DNA of 62,851 nt, taken from contig CANRKU010000004.1 of the NCBI GenBank assembly GCA_947631295.1, positions 1 to 62,851 of the forward strand, written 5' to 3'. Below, in pieces: positions 9,881 to 18,148 of the stretch; position 1 is the stretch's first letter, and the number at the start of each line of letters is the position of its first letter. Below the pieces are notes generated by a model. The model was not told the origin of the DNA. It searched no databases and was given only the letters and a program-made list of their open reading frames with translations. The DNA is from an uncultured Bacilli bacterium. GTDB taxonomy: Bacteria; Bacillota_I; Bacilli_A; RF39; UBA660. Position numbers and translations under genes: made by a program.

Positions 9881-10373
9881 TAATATTAAAAATTTAAAAG
9901 TCGTTGGAGCAAGTTTATGTTTAGGTGCAGTATTACTAACTGGGTGTGGTGATAGTTATAAGGTAAATTACGGTTTATCTTCCATTACTTATCATAAAGA
10001 TAGTGAGGAAATAGATGGGACTATTTCTTATGAAAACTTGGTGAGTCTTGCAAAAATCTGTTCTTTTCAACAAGAAGATGAAAAATTTTATCGATTATGT
10101 GGAGTTAGCAATAGTCGTTATGCTCAATCATATTTTATACAGTATTATGATATGAAAACAGGAACTTGTATTATTGAATATATAGACGAATATGGTGAAA
10201 AAGTTTACACGAGAGGCGAAGACTTAGAAATTGTAGAAGAAATTAACCTAGATAGTTATCTTTTAAAAGAGAACTTTATAAAGAAAGAGTATACCTTTGA
10301 TGAATTTCTTCATTTCTATGAAGAAAAAATTCTTCCTACTTTAGAAGAAGAAAATAAAGAGCTGGTAAAATGA
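9870..10373 (+). CDS. Hypothetical lipoprotein
   Basis: Signal peptide with lipobox LLTG-C (VVGASLCLGAVLLTGCGDS). ATG 9870 lies 9 nt after AAAGG. Overlaps the upstream stop, and its stop forms an ATGA overlap with the next start (10370-10373). Confidence 0.6.
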   Translation: MKNNNIKNLKVVGASLCLGAVLLTGCGDSYKVNYGLSSITYHKDSEEIDGTISYENLVSLAKICSFQQEDEKFYRLCGVSNSRYAQSYFIQYYDMKTGTCIIEYIDEYGEKVYTRGEDLEIVEEINLDSYLLKENFIKKEYTFDEFLHFYEEKILPTLEEENKELVK

Positions 10374-11551
10374 GAAAGAAAATAGAATTATTATCTCCAG
10401 CAGGAGATTTAGGAAGATTAAAAATAGCCTTATTGTATGGGGCTGATGCTGTTTATATCGGCGGACAGAACTATAGTTTAAGAGCGAATGCCACTAATTT
10501 TAGTATCGAAGAAATGAAAGAAGCCTGTGATTTTGCTCATCATTTAGGAAAAAAAGTTTATCAGACTGTCAATATTGTTTTCCACAATGAAGATATTGAT
10601 GGTATTTATGATTATTTAAAACAAGCAGTGGATGCTGGAATTGATGCCTTTATTGTATCTGATCCTTTTATCATTTCTTATATTAAAAAGAACTTTCCAA
10701 AAGTAGAAGTTCATGTTAGTACGCAAAATTCTACTACAAATATCGAAACGGTCAAATTCTTTCAAAAGGAAGGTGTTGATCGAGTTGTTCCTGCTCGTGA
10801 ACTTTCCAAAGAAGAAATCAAAGAAATCATTGATGCAACAGGATTAGATATTGAAGTCTTTATCCATGGCGCAATGTGTACCTTTTATAGTGGAAGATGT
10901 ACCTTATCCAATTATGTAACCAATCGAGATTCTAACCGTGGAGGTTGTAGTCAAGTATGTCGCTTTGCTTTCGATATAGAAAATCAAGATAAGAAATTTA
11001 CAATGGCTACCAAAGATTTAAATTTAGCTCGTTATATTCAAGATATGATTGAAATAGGTGTTGCCAGTTTAAAAGTAGAAGGACGTATGAGAAGCCATTA
11101 TTATTTAGCGACTGTAATGTCTAGTTATCGTAAAATTATCGATGCTTGTTATGATGGTACTTTAACGGAAGAACTGTTAGAACAACAGGAAAAAATCCTA
11201 TCTAGAGTTGCTAACCGTGAAACCAGTACACATTATTTTACTCATATGGCAGATGATACGGATCAATACTATACAGGTAGACAAGAATTATCCAATCAAG
11301 ATTTTTTAGCCTATGTTATCGATTATGATGCTACGAACCAAATTGTAACGATATCCGAAAGAAACTATTTTGAACCTGGTACAGATGTAGAAATCTTTAT
11401 GCCAAGTGGAAAAGTAATTTCCTTTACAATTGATAAAATCTATAACGAAAACATGCATGAAATAGAAAAAGCTTGTCATCCAGAAGAAATTTTAAAACTA
11501 AAAGTAAATTCAGTTGTTGAGAAAGATTCTATGATGCGAATAAAAATATAA
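10370..11551 (+). CDS. trhP2: Peptidase U32 family protein (YrrO-like; TrhP-type)
   Basis: 393 aa containing the U32 signature EVFIHGAMCTFYSGRCTLS and a further Cys cluster (GGCSQVCR). Confidence 0.85.
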   Translation: MRKKIELLSPAGDLGRLKIALLYGADAVYIGGQNYSLRANATNFSIEEMKEACDFAHHLGKKVYQTVNIVFHNEDIDGIYDYLKQAVDAGIDAFIVSDPFIISYIKKNFPKVEVHVSTQNSTTNIETVKFFQKEGVDRVVPARELSKEEIKEIIDATGLDIEVFIHGAMCTFYSGRCTLSNYVTNRDSNRGGCSQVCRFAFDIENQDKKFTMATKDLNLARYIQDMIEIGVASLKVEGRMRSHYYLATVMSSYRKIIDACYDGTLTEELLEQQEKILSRVANRETSTHYFTHMADDTDQYYTGRQELSNQDFLAYVIDYDATNQIVTISERNYFEPGTDVEIFMPSGKVISFTIDKIYNENMHEIEKACHPEEILKLKVNSVVEKDSMMRIKI

Positions 11552-11576
11552 AAAAGTCCATGTAGGACTTTTTTGT
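11551..11576. terminator. Bidirectional intrinsic terminator between convergent genes
   Basis: AAAAAGTCC (11551-11559) / ATGTA / GGACTTTTT (11565-11573). A-run on one side and T-run on the other. Confidence 0.65.
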
Positions 11577-11608
11577 TTAGAGAAAAAGTTTGTGATAATT
11601 AATTCTTG

Positions 11609-11800
11609 TTAACGACAATTATTTCCGCAATTAGAACCTGGTCCTGAGTTATAGCCATTACCCCAGAATAAGAAGAAAATAATAAAGACTACAATAATAA
11701 TTGCCCAAACCCAGCCAGAATTGTTGTTATCACTATTTCCGCCATATCCACCATATACAGGGTAGCCATAAACGGGATAACCATATCCATACATAAACAT
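11609..11800 (-). CDS. Tiny Gly/Tyr/Asn-rich single-TM peptide (YjcZ-like style)
   Basis: 63 aa starting at ATG 11800, preceded by AAAGGAGAA. Sequence: MFMYGYGYPVYGYPVYGGYGGNSDNNNSG, then TM WVWAIIIVVFIIFFLFW, then GNGYNSGPGSNCGNNCR. Composition resembles tiny Gly/Tyr-rich membrane peptides of spore-forming Firmicutes. Confidence 0.45.
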   Translation of the reverse strand: MFMYGYGYPVYGYPVYGGYGGNSDNNNSGWVWAIIIVVFIIFFLFWGNGYNSGPGSNCGNNCR

Positions 11801-11873
11801 CAATTCTCCTTTCAATATATTATATTTTTTTTCTAATAAAAACAATATAATAAATACCTAAAGGAGCATCAAT

Positions 11874-12836
11874 TTAATGGTTACTGGTTTTACTCATCAT
11901 ATCACCATTACTACAACGATTTCCCCATGCATCAATTAATTTTTTATTTTTACTAATACAAATAATTTCGCAATGATTTGGACATTTATTACATTCCACA
12001 CCTCTTGTTTCAAATTGATCTTCGCAAATAGAAAATTTAAAACTTGTTTTTAACGGATTCTTTTTAGATAAAATCGCAACTCCTAAAGCTCCCATTAAAT
12101 GTCCATTTGGATCAACAATTACCTCATTTCCTACTTCTTCTTCAAAAGCTTTTTTCACGCCAATATTTTTACTAACACCACCTTGAAAAATAATAGGTGC
12201 TTTTATTTTTTTTCCTTTTCCCACATTATTTAAATAATTAGAAACGACACTTTGACATAATCCTGCGATAATATCTTCCTTTTTATATCCCATCTGTAAT
12301 TTGTGAACTAAATCACTTTCTGCAAATACAGTACATCTGGCTGCGATTTTGGTTGGTTTCTTACTAGTTAGGGCAATTCTACCAAAATCTTCTACCTGTA
12401 CACCTAAACGATTGGCTTGACTAGATAAAAAAGCTCCTGTTCCAGCTGCACATAAAGTATTCATAGCATAATCTACTACAATTCCATCTTCTATTAAAAT
12501 AATTTTAGAATCTTGTCCTCCGATTTCAAAAATAGTTTTGACATCTGGATATAAAGATAACGTTCCAATAGCATGAGCTGTAATTTCATTTTTAATAATA
12601 TTTGCATTTAACATCGTACCAATTAATTTTCTAGCAGATCCGGTTGTACCAACACCTATAATATTTATTTTCCTTTTTCCTATTTCTTTTTCTAAATGAT
12701 GAATTAACTCTTTTACCGCTTCCATAGGATTACCCTTTGTCCAAATATAACTACTCGCTAAAATATGATTGTCATCATCAATAATGACACCTTTCGTAGA
12801 AATAGATCCAATATCTACCCCTAAATATGCATTCAT
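11874..12836 (-). CDS. BcrA/BadF/HgdC-type ATPase (activase of 2-hydroxyacyl-CoA-dehydratase-like enzymes) with C-terminal Cys-rich tail
   Basis: N-terminal acetate/sugar-kinase-fold motif LGVDIGSISTKGV. Cluster-bridging Cys contexts TLCAAGTGAF and ARCTVFAESD. C-terminal CNKCPNHCEIIC (C-x2-C-x3-C-x3-C). Confidence 0.8.
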   Translation of the reverse strand: MNAYLGVDIGSISTKGVIIDDDNHILASSYIWTKGNPMEAVKELIHHLEKEIGKRKINIIGVGTTGSARKLIGTMLNANIIKNEITAHAIGTLSLYPDVKTIFEIGGQDSKIILIEDGIVVDYAMNTLCAAGTGAFLSSQANRLGVQVEDFGRIALTSKKPTKIAARCTVFAESDLVHKLQMGYKKEDIIAGLCQSVVSNYLNNVGKGKKIKAPIIFQGGVSKNIGVKKAFEEEVGNEVIVDPNGHLMGALGVAILSKKNPLKTSFKFSICEDQFETRGVECNKCPNHCEIICISKNKKLIDAWGNRCSNGDMMSKTSNH

Positions 12837-12840
12837 ACAA

Positions 12841-13908
12841 TCATCCTTTCTTAATTTTTAACATATCATAAAAAGCTTCTAATCGTGTTTTAATTCCTGT
12901 TTCACTAGTTTGTGAATCAAAAGAAAAATAAATAATAGGCATTTTTCCATCTTGACATACTTTCCGAATAATAGGAATTGCGCCAATTTCAGGTGTACAT
13001 CCAAATGGCTTAATATGAATAATTCCATCATATCCTTGATCAATTAAATATTTCGCACGATAAACATTATCTATACCATCTGCACCTATTGTATATTTAC
13101 AGTATTGATTGATATAGCGAAGATTCTTTCTCCTTTGTAATCTTTTTTGATAGAGTAAATAACTAACATTGGTAAATCTTTTAATTTCAATATTCATACT
13201 AGCTAATTCTTTCTCTAAAAAATAACTAGAAAAAGGTTCCATCGAGGTGTATAATTCTCCAATAATTCCTACTTTTAAACAATTATCTGGTTTATTTATA
13301 GCTAAATTTCTAAATTTCTTTTTATATTTTAGATAGCGTTTTGTCAAAGAAAAATAGCCCTTACAGGTAGAAAAAGAAGTTAACATTTCTTTTTTTAGAT
13401 GGATAAAACTATTTTTTTCTACCTCAAATCCAATATTTAGACGAATATAATGATCGATATTATCCATATAACGAATCATGAGTATTGTAAGTAGAGAATA
13501 GTAAACCATTTTATATAATGGAATTCTTTTATCTATTTTTTTAAAGGTATGATAGATGCTTTTTATGGTGATAGAATCATTATCAGATAAAGTTAGTAAC
13601 TCAAAATGATATCCTAAATCTTTTAATATTTTTTCTTGAACTTCAGGATAATAGCCATAGCGACATCCACCACCTGCTTGCATTAAAACGTTAGCACCAT
13701 TTTCTAAAGTTTCAATAAAATTACCTAAGTTGTATTTAAAAGGAACACAGACAAAATCTGGTGAATATTTGCTACCTAATTCAATCGTTTTTTTGGTAAT
13801 AGGAGGTGCTTCTATTACTTTATAATTGGTTAGCTTTGTTAATAAAAATTTGAAGGGAATATGATAGTCTCCTAGATGGGGAAAGCTAATGACTTTTTCT
13901 TTATTCAT
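12841..13908 (-). CDS. 2-hydroxyacyl-CoA dehydratase-like / CoA-enzyme-activase-associated domain protein
   Basis: Conserved Cys contexts GGGCRYGYY and IKPFGCTPE are typical of the dehydratase-like modules fused to activases. Start ATG 13908 follows AAAGGAGAA. 8-nt overlap with the upstream gene. Confidence 0.7.
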   Translation of the reverse strand: MNKEKVISFPHLGDYHIPFKFLLTKLTNYKVIEAPPITKKTIELGSKYSPDFVCVPFKYNLGNFIETLENGANVLMQAGGGCRYGYYPEVQEKILKDLGYHFELLTLSDNDSITIKSIYHTFKKIDKRIPLYKMVYYSLLTILMIRYMDNIDHYIRLNIGFEVEKNSFIHLKKEMLTSFSTCKGYFSLTKRYLKYKKKFRNLAINKPDNCLKVGIIGELYTSMEPFSSYFLEKELASMNIEIKRFTNVSYLLYQKRLQRRKNLRYINQYCKYTIGADGIDNVYRAKYLIDQGYDGIIHIKPFGCTPEIGAIPIIRKVCQDGKMPIIYFSFDSQTSETGIKTRLEAFYDMLKIKKG

Positions 13909-14827
13909 GATTTTTTCTCCTTTCTTCAAGGATATCAATAAAACTTTCAATTCTAGTTAATAAACCAGTGTCAGAATTTCCTTCATCAATGATGAGATTT
14001 GTAATTGGAATTTTAACATTTCGCAAAATCATTTCATTACTTAAAGAATCAGGTCCACAAGGAAAAGAAGTAATTAAAATAATCCCATCCACCACATCTT
14101 GGTAATGACTAATGGCTGCCATAATTTCTTTATTAAAGGTCCAATAATTTTTCTTACTAATTACTTTTACTTCTTCTTCCAAATATTTATCATCATACCG
14201 ATCTGAATAAATGATATCAATATTATTTTCTTCTAAAATCTTTTCTATTTGTTTACCAATAAATTCATCATGGAGATTATAAGGATGTCCAGCTAGTAGA
14301 ATTTTAATTTTAGTACTACTTGCAATAAGAACTTTTTGCTTTGATATTTCGCGTTCTTTTAATAATTTTTCTTTTTGTTTTGCTAATCGATAAGCAGAAA
14401 CAATTTTACGGTAAGAAAAACCAAGAGATAATCCCATAGTAGTAAAAGCATAAAATTCATCTTCTTTATGATCAACATCAATATTATAATGGATTAAATT
14501 TGTATCAAAAACATTACTAACTAAATCATATAATGCAGAAAAATTGGTACATAATTTTTCATGCTTTTTTACACATTTCAATCTTGGTACTAAAATATAA
14601 TCACATTTATCAATTAAATAATAGATATGTCCCATATAGATTTTCATAGCCATACAAGCTTCATCCATACTATATTTAATACCATCCTCTAAAATTTTTT
14701 TACTAGTATTAGGACTTACTATAATTTCGCATCCTAATTCTTCAAAAAAAGTAATCCATAAATTTCCATATTTATAGTAAAGTAAAGCTTTTGGTATTCC
14801 AATCATTATTTTACTCATTATTATCAT
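13901..14827 (-). CDS. CoA-enzyme-activase-associated domain protein (DUF2229-like)
   Basis: 308 aa, first gene of the minus-strand operon. SFPCGPDS motif. Paralogous in style to the following gene. Exact start uncertain (14827 or 14818). Confidence 0.65.
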   Translation of the reverse strand: MIIMSKIMIGIPKALLYYKYGNLWITFFEELGCEIIVSPNTSKKILEDGIKYSMDEACMAMKIYMGHIYYLIDKCDYILVPRLKCVKKHEKLCTNFSALYDLVSNVFDTNLIHYNIDVDHKEDEFYAFTTMGLSLGFSYRKIVSAYRLAKQKEKLLKEREISKQKVLIASSTKIKILLAGHPYNLHDEFIGKQIEKILEENNIDIIYSDRYDDKYLEEEVKVISKKNYWTFNKEIMAAISHYQDVVDGIILITSFPCGPDSLSNEMILRNVKIPITNLIIDEGNSDTGLLTRIESFIDILEERRKNHE

Positions 14828-15068
14828 CTCATTTCATTCTATGAAAATAACTTTTATTTCATTATGGAAAGAAAATACTAAAATTCGACACTAGAAATTT
14901 TAATAAAAATAAAAAAATTTGATGTCTTTATCAGAAATTGATTTTATCTTTATATGGAGTTTTATTGTCGGTTCTTCTTATTTAGTAATCTAAGGAAATA
15001 TTATAAAAATTAGCTAATATTTCTAATTTATTACTAGAAATTAATCTAATTCCTAGTTCGTATTTAGA

Positions 15069-15158
15069 TTATTGTTGCTGTATAGTTTGTAAAAGATGAG
15101 TTAATTCTTTTTGAGTTAAATCATGATCTTCTCTTAGATCTTTTAATCTATTTAATAC
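15069..15158 (-). pseudogene. Decayed N-terminal fragment of an XRE-family helix-turn-helix regulator
   Basis: The minus strand reads VLNRLKDLREDHDLTQKELTHLLQTIQQQ-stop. This matches the canonical XRE N-terminus (LxxLRexxxLTQxELa) but has an in-frame TAG immediately upstream, no start codon, and truncation after helix 2. Confidence 0.4.
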
Positions 15159-15194
15159 CTATTATCACATTCAATAATATTTGTATAAATCAAA

Positions 15195-15223
15195 TTGACA
15201 AGCATTTATTTGAATGCTAAAAT
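15195..15223 (+). promoter_or_regulatory. sigmaA-type promoter for the glycine-rich protein gene
   Basis: TTGACA (15195-15200), 17-nt spacer, extended -10 TGcTAAAAT (15215-15223). GGAGG RBS at 15301-15305. Confidence 0.6.
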
Positions 15224-15311
15224 TACAGTATAATAGGATAGAATTACCCAAAGTAAACTATTATTAATAAAAACAAAGAAATAGCGAAGACTAGTAGTAT
15301 GGAGGTCTAAT

Positions 15312-17930
15312 ATGAAAAATGCTAATTTAAAAAATATAAAGAAAAAGAAAAATGAAAAGAAAGAAATTCTATGGATGTTAGTAGCTTTAGTTAGTTTAGC
15401 AGTAATTACTTTAGGAGTAAGTGTAGCATTTTTTAATTATACAAAAGAGGGAACAACCGAAAATACAGTAACAAGTGGTACTATTACATTTTTGTATACG
15501 GAAATATCAGGAGTAGGAAAAGGGATACAAATTAGTGATGCCTATCCGATGACAGATGAACAAGGAAAGAAGCAAACAGGACAAGGAAGCTATTTTGATT
15601 TTAAGATAACTAGTCAAACAGCAAGTACTATTTCTATTCCCTATGAGGTAACAGCTAGAAAGAGTAGTGATTCTACATTAGATGATCAAGTAGTAAAACT
15701 TTATTTAACAGAATTAAATGGTGATGAGGAAAAAGAAATTTTATTAGAAAACTATAATGAATTAGAAGATACCAGTCAAGAAACAGCTAAAGGATATACA
15801 GAAAAAGTAATTTATACAGGAAAAGTACCAGCAAATCAAAGTAATTATGAAAAGAATTTTAGACTAAGAATGTGGATAGATGAAAAAACAGATTTTAGTG
15901 GAAAAGAAGAAGAAACAGGAAATGTAACTTATCCATATAATGGGAAAACATTTACTCTAACAGTAAATGTATATTCAAATGGTAAAGTAGTAACGAATAA
16001 AGAAGGAGTAATGGAAGGAGATAGTATTTTATCTATTTTAAGTGATAATGAATTTGAAGATGGTTATTATCAATTTGAGGTGAAAGAAGAAACATATCCA
16101 GTGCATATGTATGTATTTGATGGTAATCAACATTGGACAAGTGAAGACGAAACTACATTTGGAGATGCACAAGATGTAGCAACAGCAACGGAAAATGCCA
16201 AGAATATGGTCATTGTAAAAGTAAATGGAAATCTAACTATAGATGAAGAAGTAACAGTAAAACCATATTATACAGAATATGGAGGACCAAAAGGATTCTT
16301 ATTATATGTAGAAGGAACTTTAACTAATAATGGAACGATAGATAATTCTCATGGAGCAAAAGCTGCAGGACAAAATGTATATTTATGGAAAAATTCTAAT
16401 GGAAGTTATGAAACTGTACCTGCTGTTGGAGCAACCGGAGGAACAGCTGTTTCTGGTACTGTAGTTGGAAATCCAGGTAGTGATGGAATAGGAAGACAAA
16501 CTGGTGGCGGTGCATCTGGGAGTGTATATTCTGGAACTTCTAGTGCAGGAGGAGATGGAACAAGTTATTCTGGAGGAACAGGTTCTGGATCTGGAGATAA
16601 AGGAAATGGACAGGCTGGAAATCCAAATGGAGGAGCAGGAGGAAATGCAGGAGGTTCAGGCGGCGGCGGTGGTGGCGGCGCTGGAAATCCTGGTGGATCT
16701 TCAGTAGGGGGAAATGCAACAGGAGGTTTCAATGGAACCGGAGGATTATTAATTATTTATTCTAATAAATTAATTAATAATGGATATGTTACAGCCAAAG
16801 GAGCTGCGGGTGGAACAGGAAATAATTTAGGAGGATCATCTGGAGGCGGTTCCATTAATATTTTTTATCGACAAGATATGAATGATTCTGGTACTATTAT
16901 AGCTCATGGCGGAAATGGAATATTAGGGGGAAATGGAACAAGCCATATGGGAATCATAGAAAAGGGTACTTATATAGAAAAAGAAAATTATCATTATTTA
17001 GTTTGGGAATTTGAATATACTGGTACTGAACAAGAATTTACTGCTTTATACAGTGGAAATTATAAAGTAGAATTATATGGTGCTCAAGGAGGAAGTATAG
17101 ATTCTTATACGGGAGGATTAGGATCTTATACAAAAGGAATTATTAATTTAAAGAAGAATCAAACTTTATATATTTATGTGGGAGAACAAGGATTTAATAA
17201 AGATAATTCTACTAAAACATCGGAATACACATTTAATGGAGGAGCCTCCGGTAATTTAAGGTGTTATGATTATAGAGGTGGAATTGGAACAAGTATTAGT
17301 GGTGGTGGTGCAACTGATGTTAGATTAAAAAATGGTCAATGGGATGATTTTAATAGTTTAAAATCTAGAATTATGGTAGCAGCTGGTGGCGGTGGTGGCT
17401 ATGATCTTGGTACGCATTCTGCTAAAGGTGGAGCAGGAGGTGGATTAGAGGGTTACTCTGGAGCAAAAGATACTGCTGTTTCAAATAATTACGCTGGATA
17501 TGGTGCCACCCAAAATTCAGGAGGAGATATTAACGGTAAATTTGGTAAAGGTGGAGTAGCTTCCCTTAATACATCTTGTAATTATTCTGAAGGAGCAGGA
17601 GGAGGTTCCGGATACTATGGTGGTGGTGGAACAAGGGGAACAGCTGATCTCACGTCTTCTAGTGCAGCAGGAGGCTCATCCTTTATTTCTGGACATGATG
17701 GGTGTGATGCTATTTTAGAAACATCTACCGAAACTAATATTCAGCATTCTAACCAAAGTATTCATTATTCGGGATTGTCCTTTACAAATACATTAATGAT
17801 AGATGGAGAAGGATACCAATGGACAAATGCGAAACAAAATTATATAGGAATGCCTTCTCATGATAGGCAAAGCACTATCACTGGAAATCAGGGAAATGGA
17901 TATGCTAAAATTAGTTATTTAGGAGAATAA
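15312..17930 (+). CDS. Secreted/anchored glycine-rich protein: TasA/SipW-cognate-like N-terminus, central Gly-rich repeat region, C-terminal ALK/LTK-type glycine-rich domain (Pfam Gly_rich-like)
   Basis: 872 aa. The N-terminal TM/signal is followed by AFFNYTKEGTTENTVTSGTITF. Central region has GGxGGxG runs including G7. The C-terminal part carries the hallmarks FEYTGTEQEFTA..GNYKVELYGAQGGS, AAGGGGGY, GGAGGGLEGYSG, GAGGGSGYYGGGG and AAGGSSFISG. Confidence 0.85.
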   Translation: MKNANLKNIKKKKNEKKEILWMLVALVSLAVITLGVSVAFFNYTKEGTTENTVTSGTITFLYTEISGVGKGIQISDAYPMTDEQGKKQTGQGSYFDFKITSQTASTISIPYEVTARKSSDSTLDDQVVKLYLTELNGDEEKEILLENYNELEDTSQETAKGYTEKVIYTGKVPANQSNYEKNFRLRMWIDEKTDFSGKEEETGNVTYPYNGKTFTLTVNVYSNGKVVTNKEGVMEGDSILSILSDNEFEDGYYQFEVKEETYPVHMYVFDGNQHWTSEDETTFGDAQDVATATENAKNMVIVKVNGNLTIDEEVTVKPYYTEYGGPKGFLLYVEGTLTNNGTIDNSHGAKAAGQNVYLWKNSNGSYETVPAVGATGGTAVSGTVVGNPGSDGIGRQTGGGASGSVYSGTSSAGGDGTSYSGGTGSGSGDKGNGQAGNPNGGAGGNAGGSGGGGGGGAGNPGGSSVGGNATGGFNGTGGLLIIYSNKLINNGYVTAKGAAGGTGNNLGGSSGGGSINIFYRQDMNDSGTIIAHGGNGILGGNGTSHMGIIEKGTYIEKENYHYLVWEFEYTGTEQEFTALYSGNYKVELYGAQGGSIDSYTGGLGSYTKGIINLKKNQTLYIYVGEQGFNKDNSTKTSEYTFNGGASGNLRCYDYRGGIGTSISGGGATDVRLKNGQWDDFNSLKSRIMVAAGGGGGYDLGTHSAKGGAGGGLEGYSGAKDTAVSNNYAGYGATQNSGGDINGKFGKGGVASLNTSCNYSEGAGGGSGYYGGGGTRGTADLTSSSAAGGSSFISGHDGCDAILETSTETNIQHSNQSIHYSGLSFTNTLMIDGEGYQWTNAKQNYIGMPSHDRQSTITGNQGNGYAKISYLGE

Positions 17931-18082
17931 AGTGATATCGTTAATGCTTTCATTGATTATCCACATTTAAGAAATTATCATTTTTAACATAATTAATATG
18001 AGTCATTTAGTTAAATTATATCAATGTTTGATTTAAAAATTACATTGGTCATAGTTTCTGATATGGCTCTTTTTTATGAACT

Positions 18083-18122
18083 AAAAATAATGCTAGTAAT
18101 TCTATTTACTAACATTATTTTT
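18083..18122. terminator. Bidirectional intrinsic terminator between convergent genes
   Basis: AAAATAATGcTAGTAA (18084-18099) / TTCTAT / TTACTAaCATTATTTT (18106-18121). 15 bp plus one mismatch, flanked by A and T runs. Confidence 0.55.
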
Positions 18123-18148
18123 GATAGAAACATATTTCAAATTATTGA

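Noticed and set aside
15019-15041. 7-bp inverted repeat ATTTCTA-N9-TAGAAAT in the 14828-15311 gap, considered as an operator site.
   Set aside because: It is AT-only and short, so it is expected by chance in this composition. It lies downstream of the decayed HTH stub and about 190 nt from the nearest start codon, with no second copy to support it.
16504-16707. 67-aa plus-strand ORF (E/Q/L/V-rich) inside the glycine-rich protein gene.
   Set aside because: It is the +1 frame reading of the GGA/GGT/GGC-rich Gly tract. It has no independent start context, and the main frame has strong family hallmarks.
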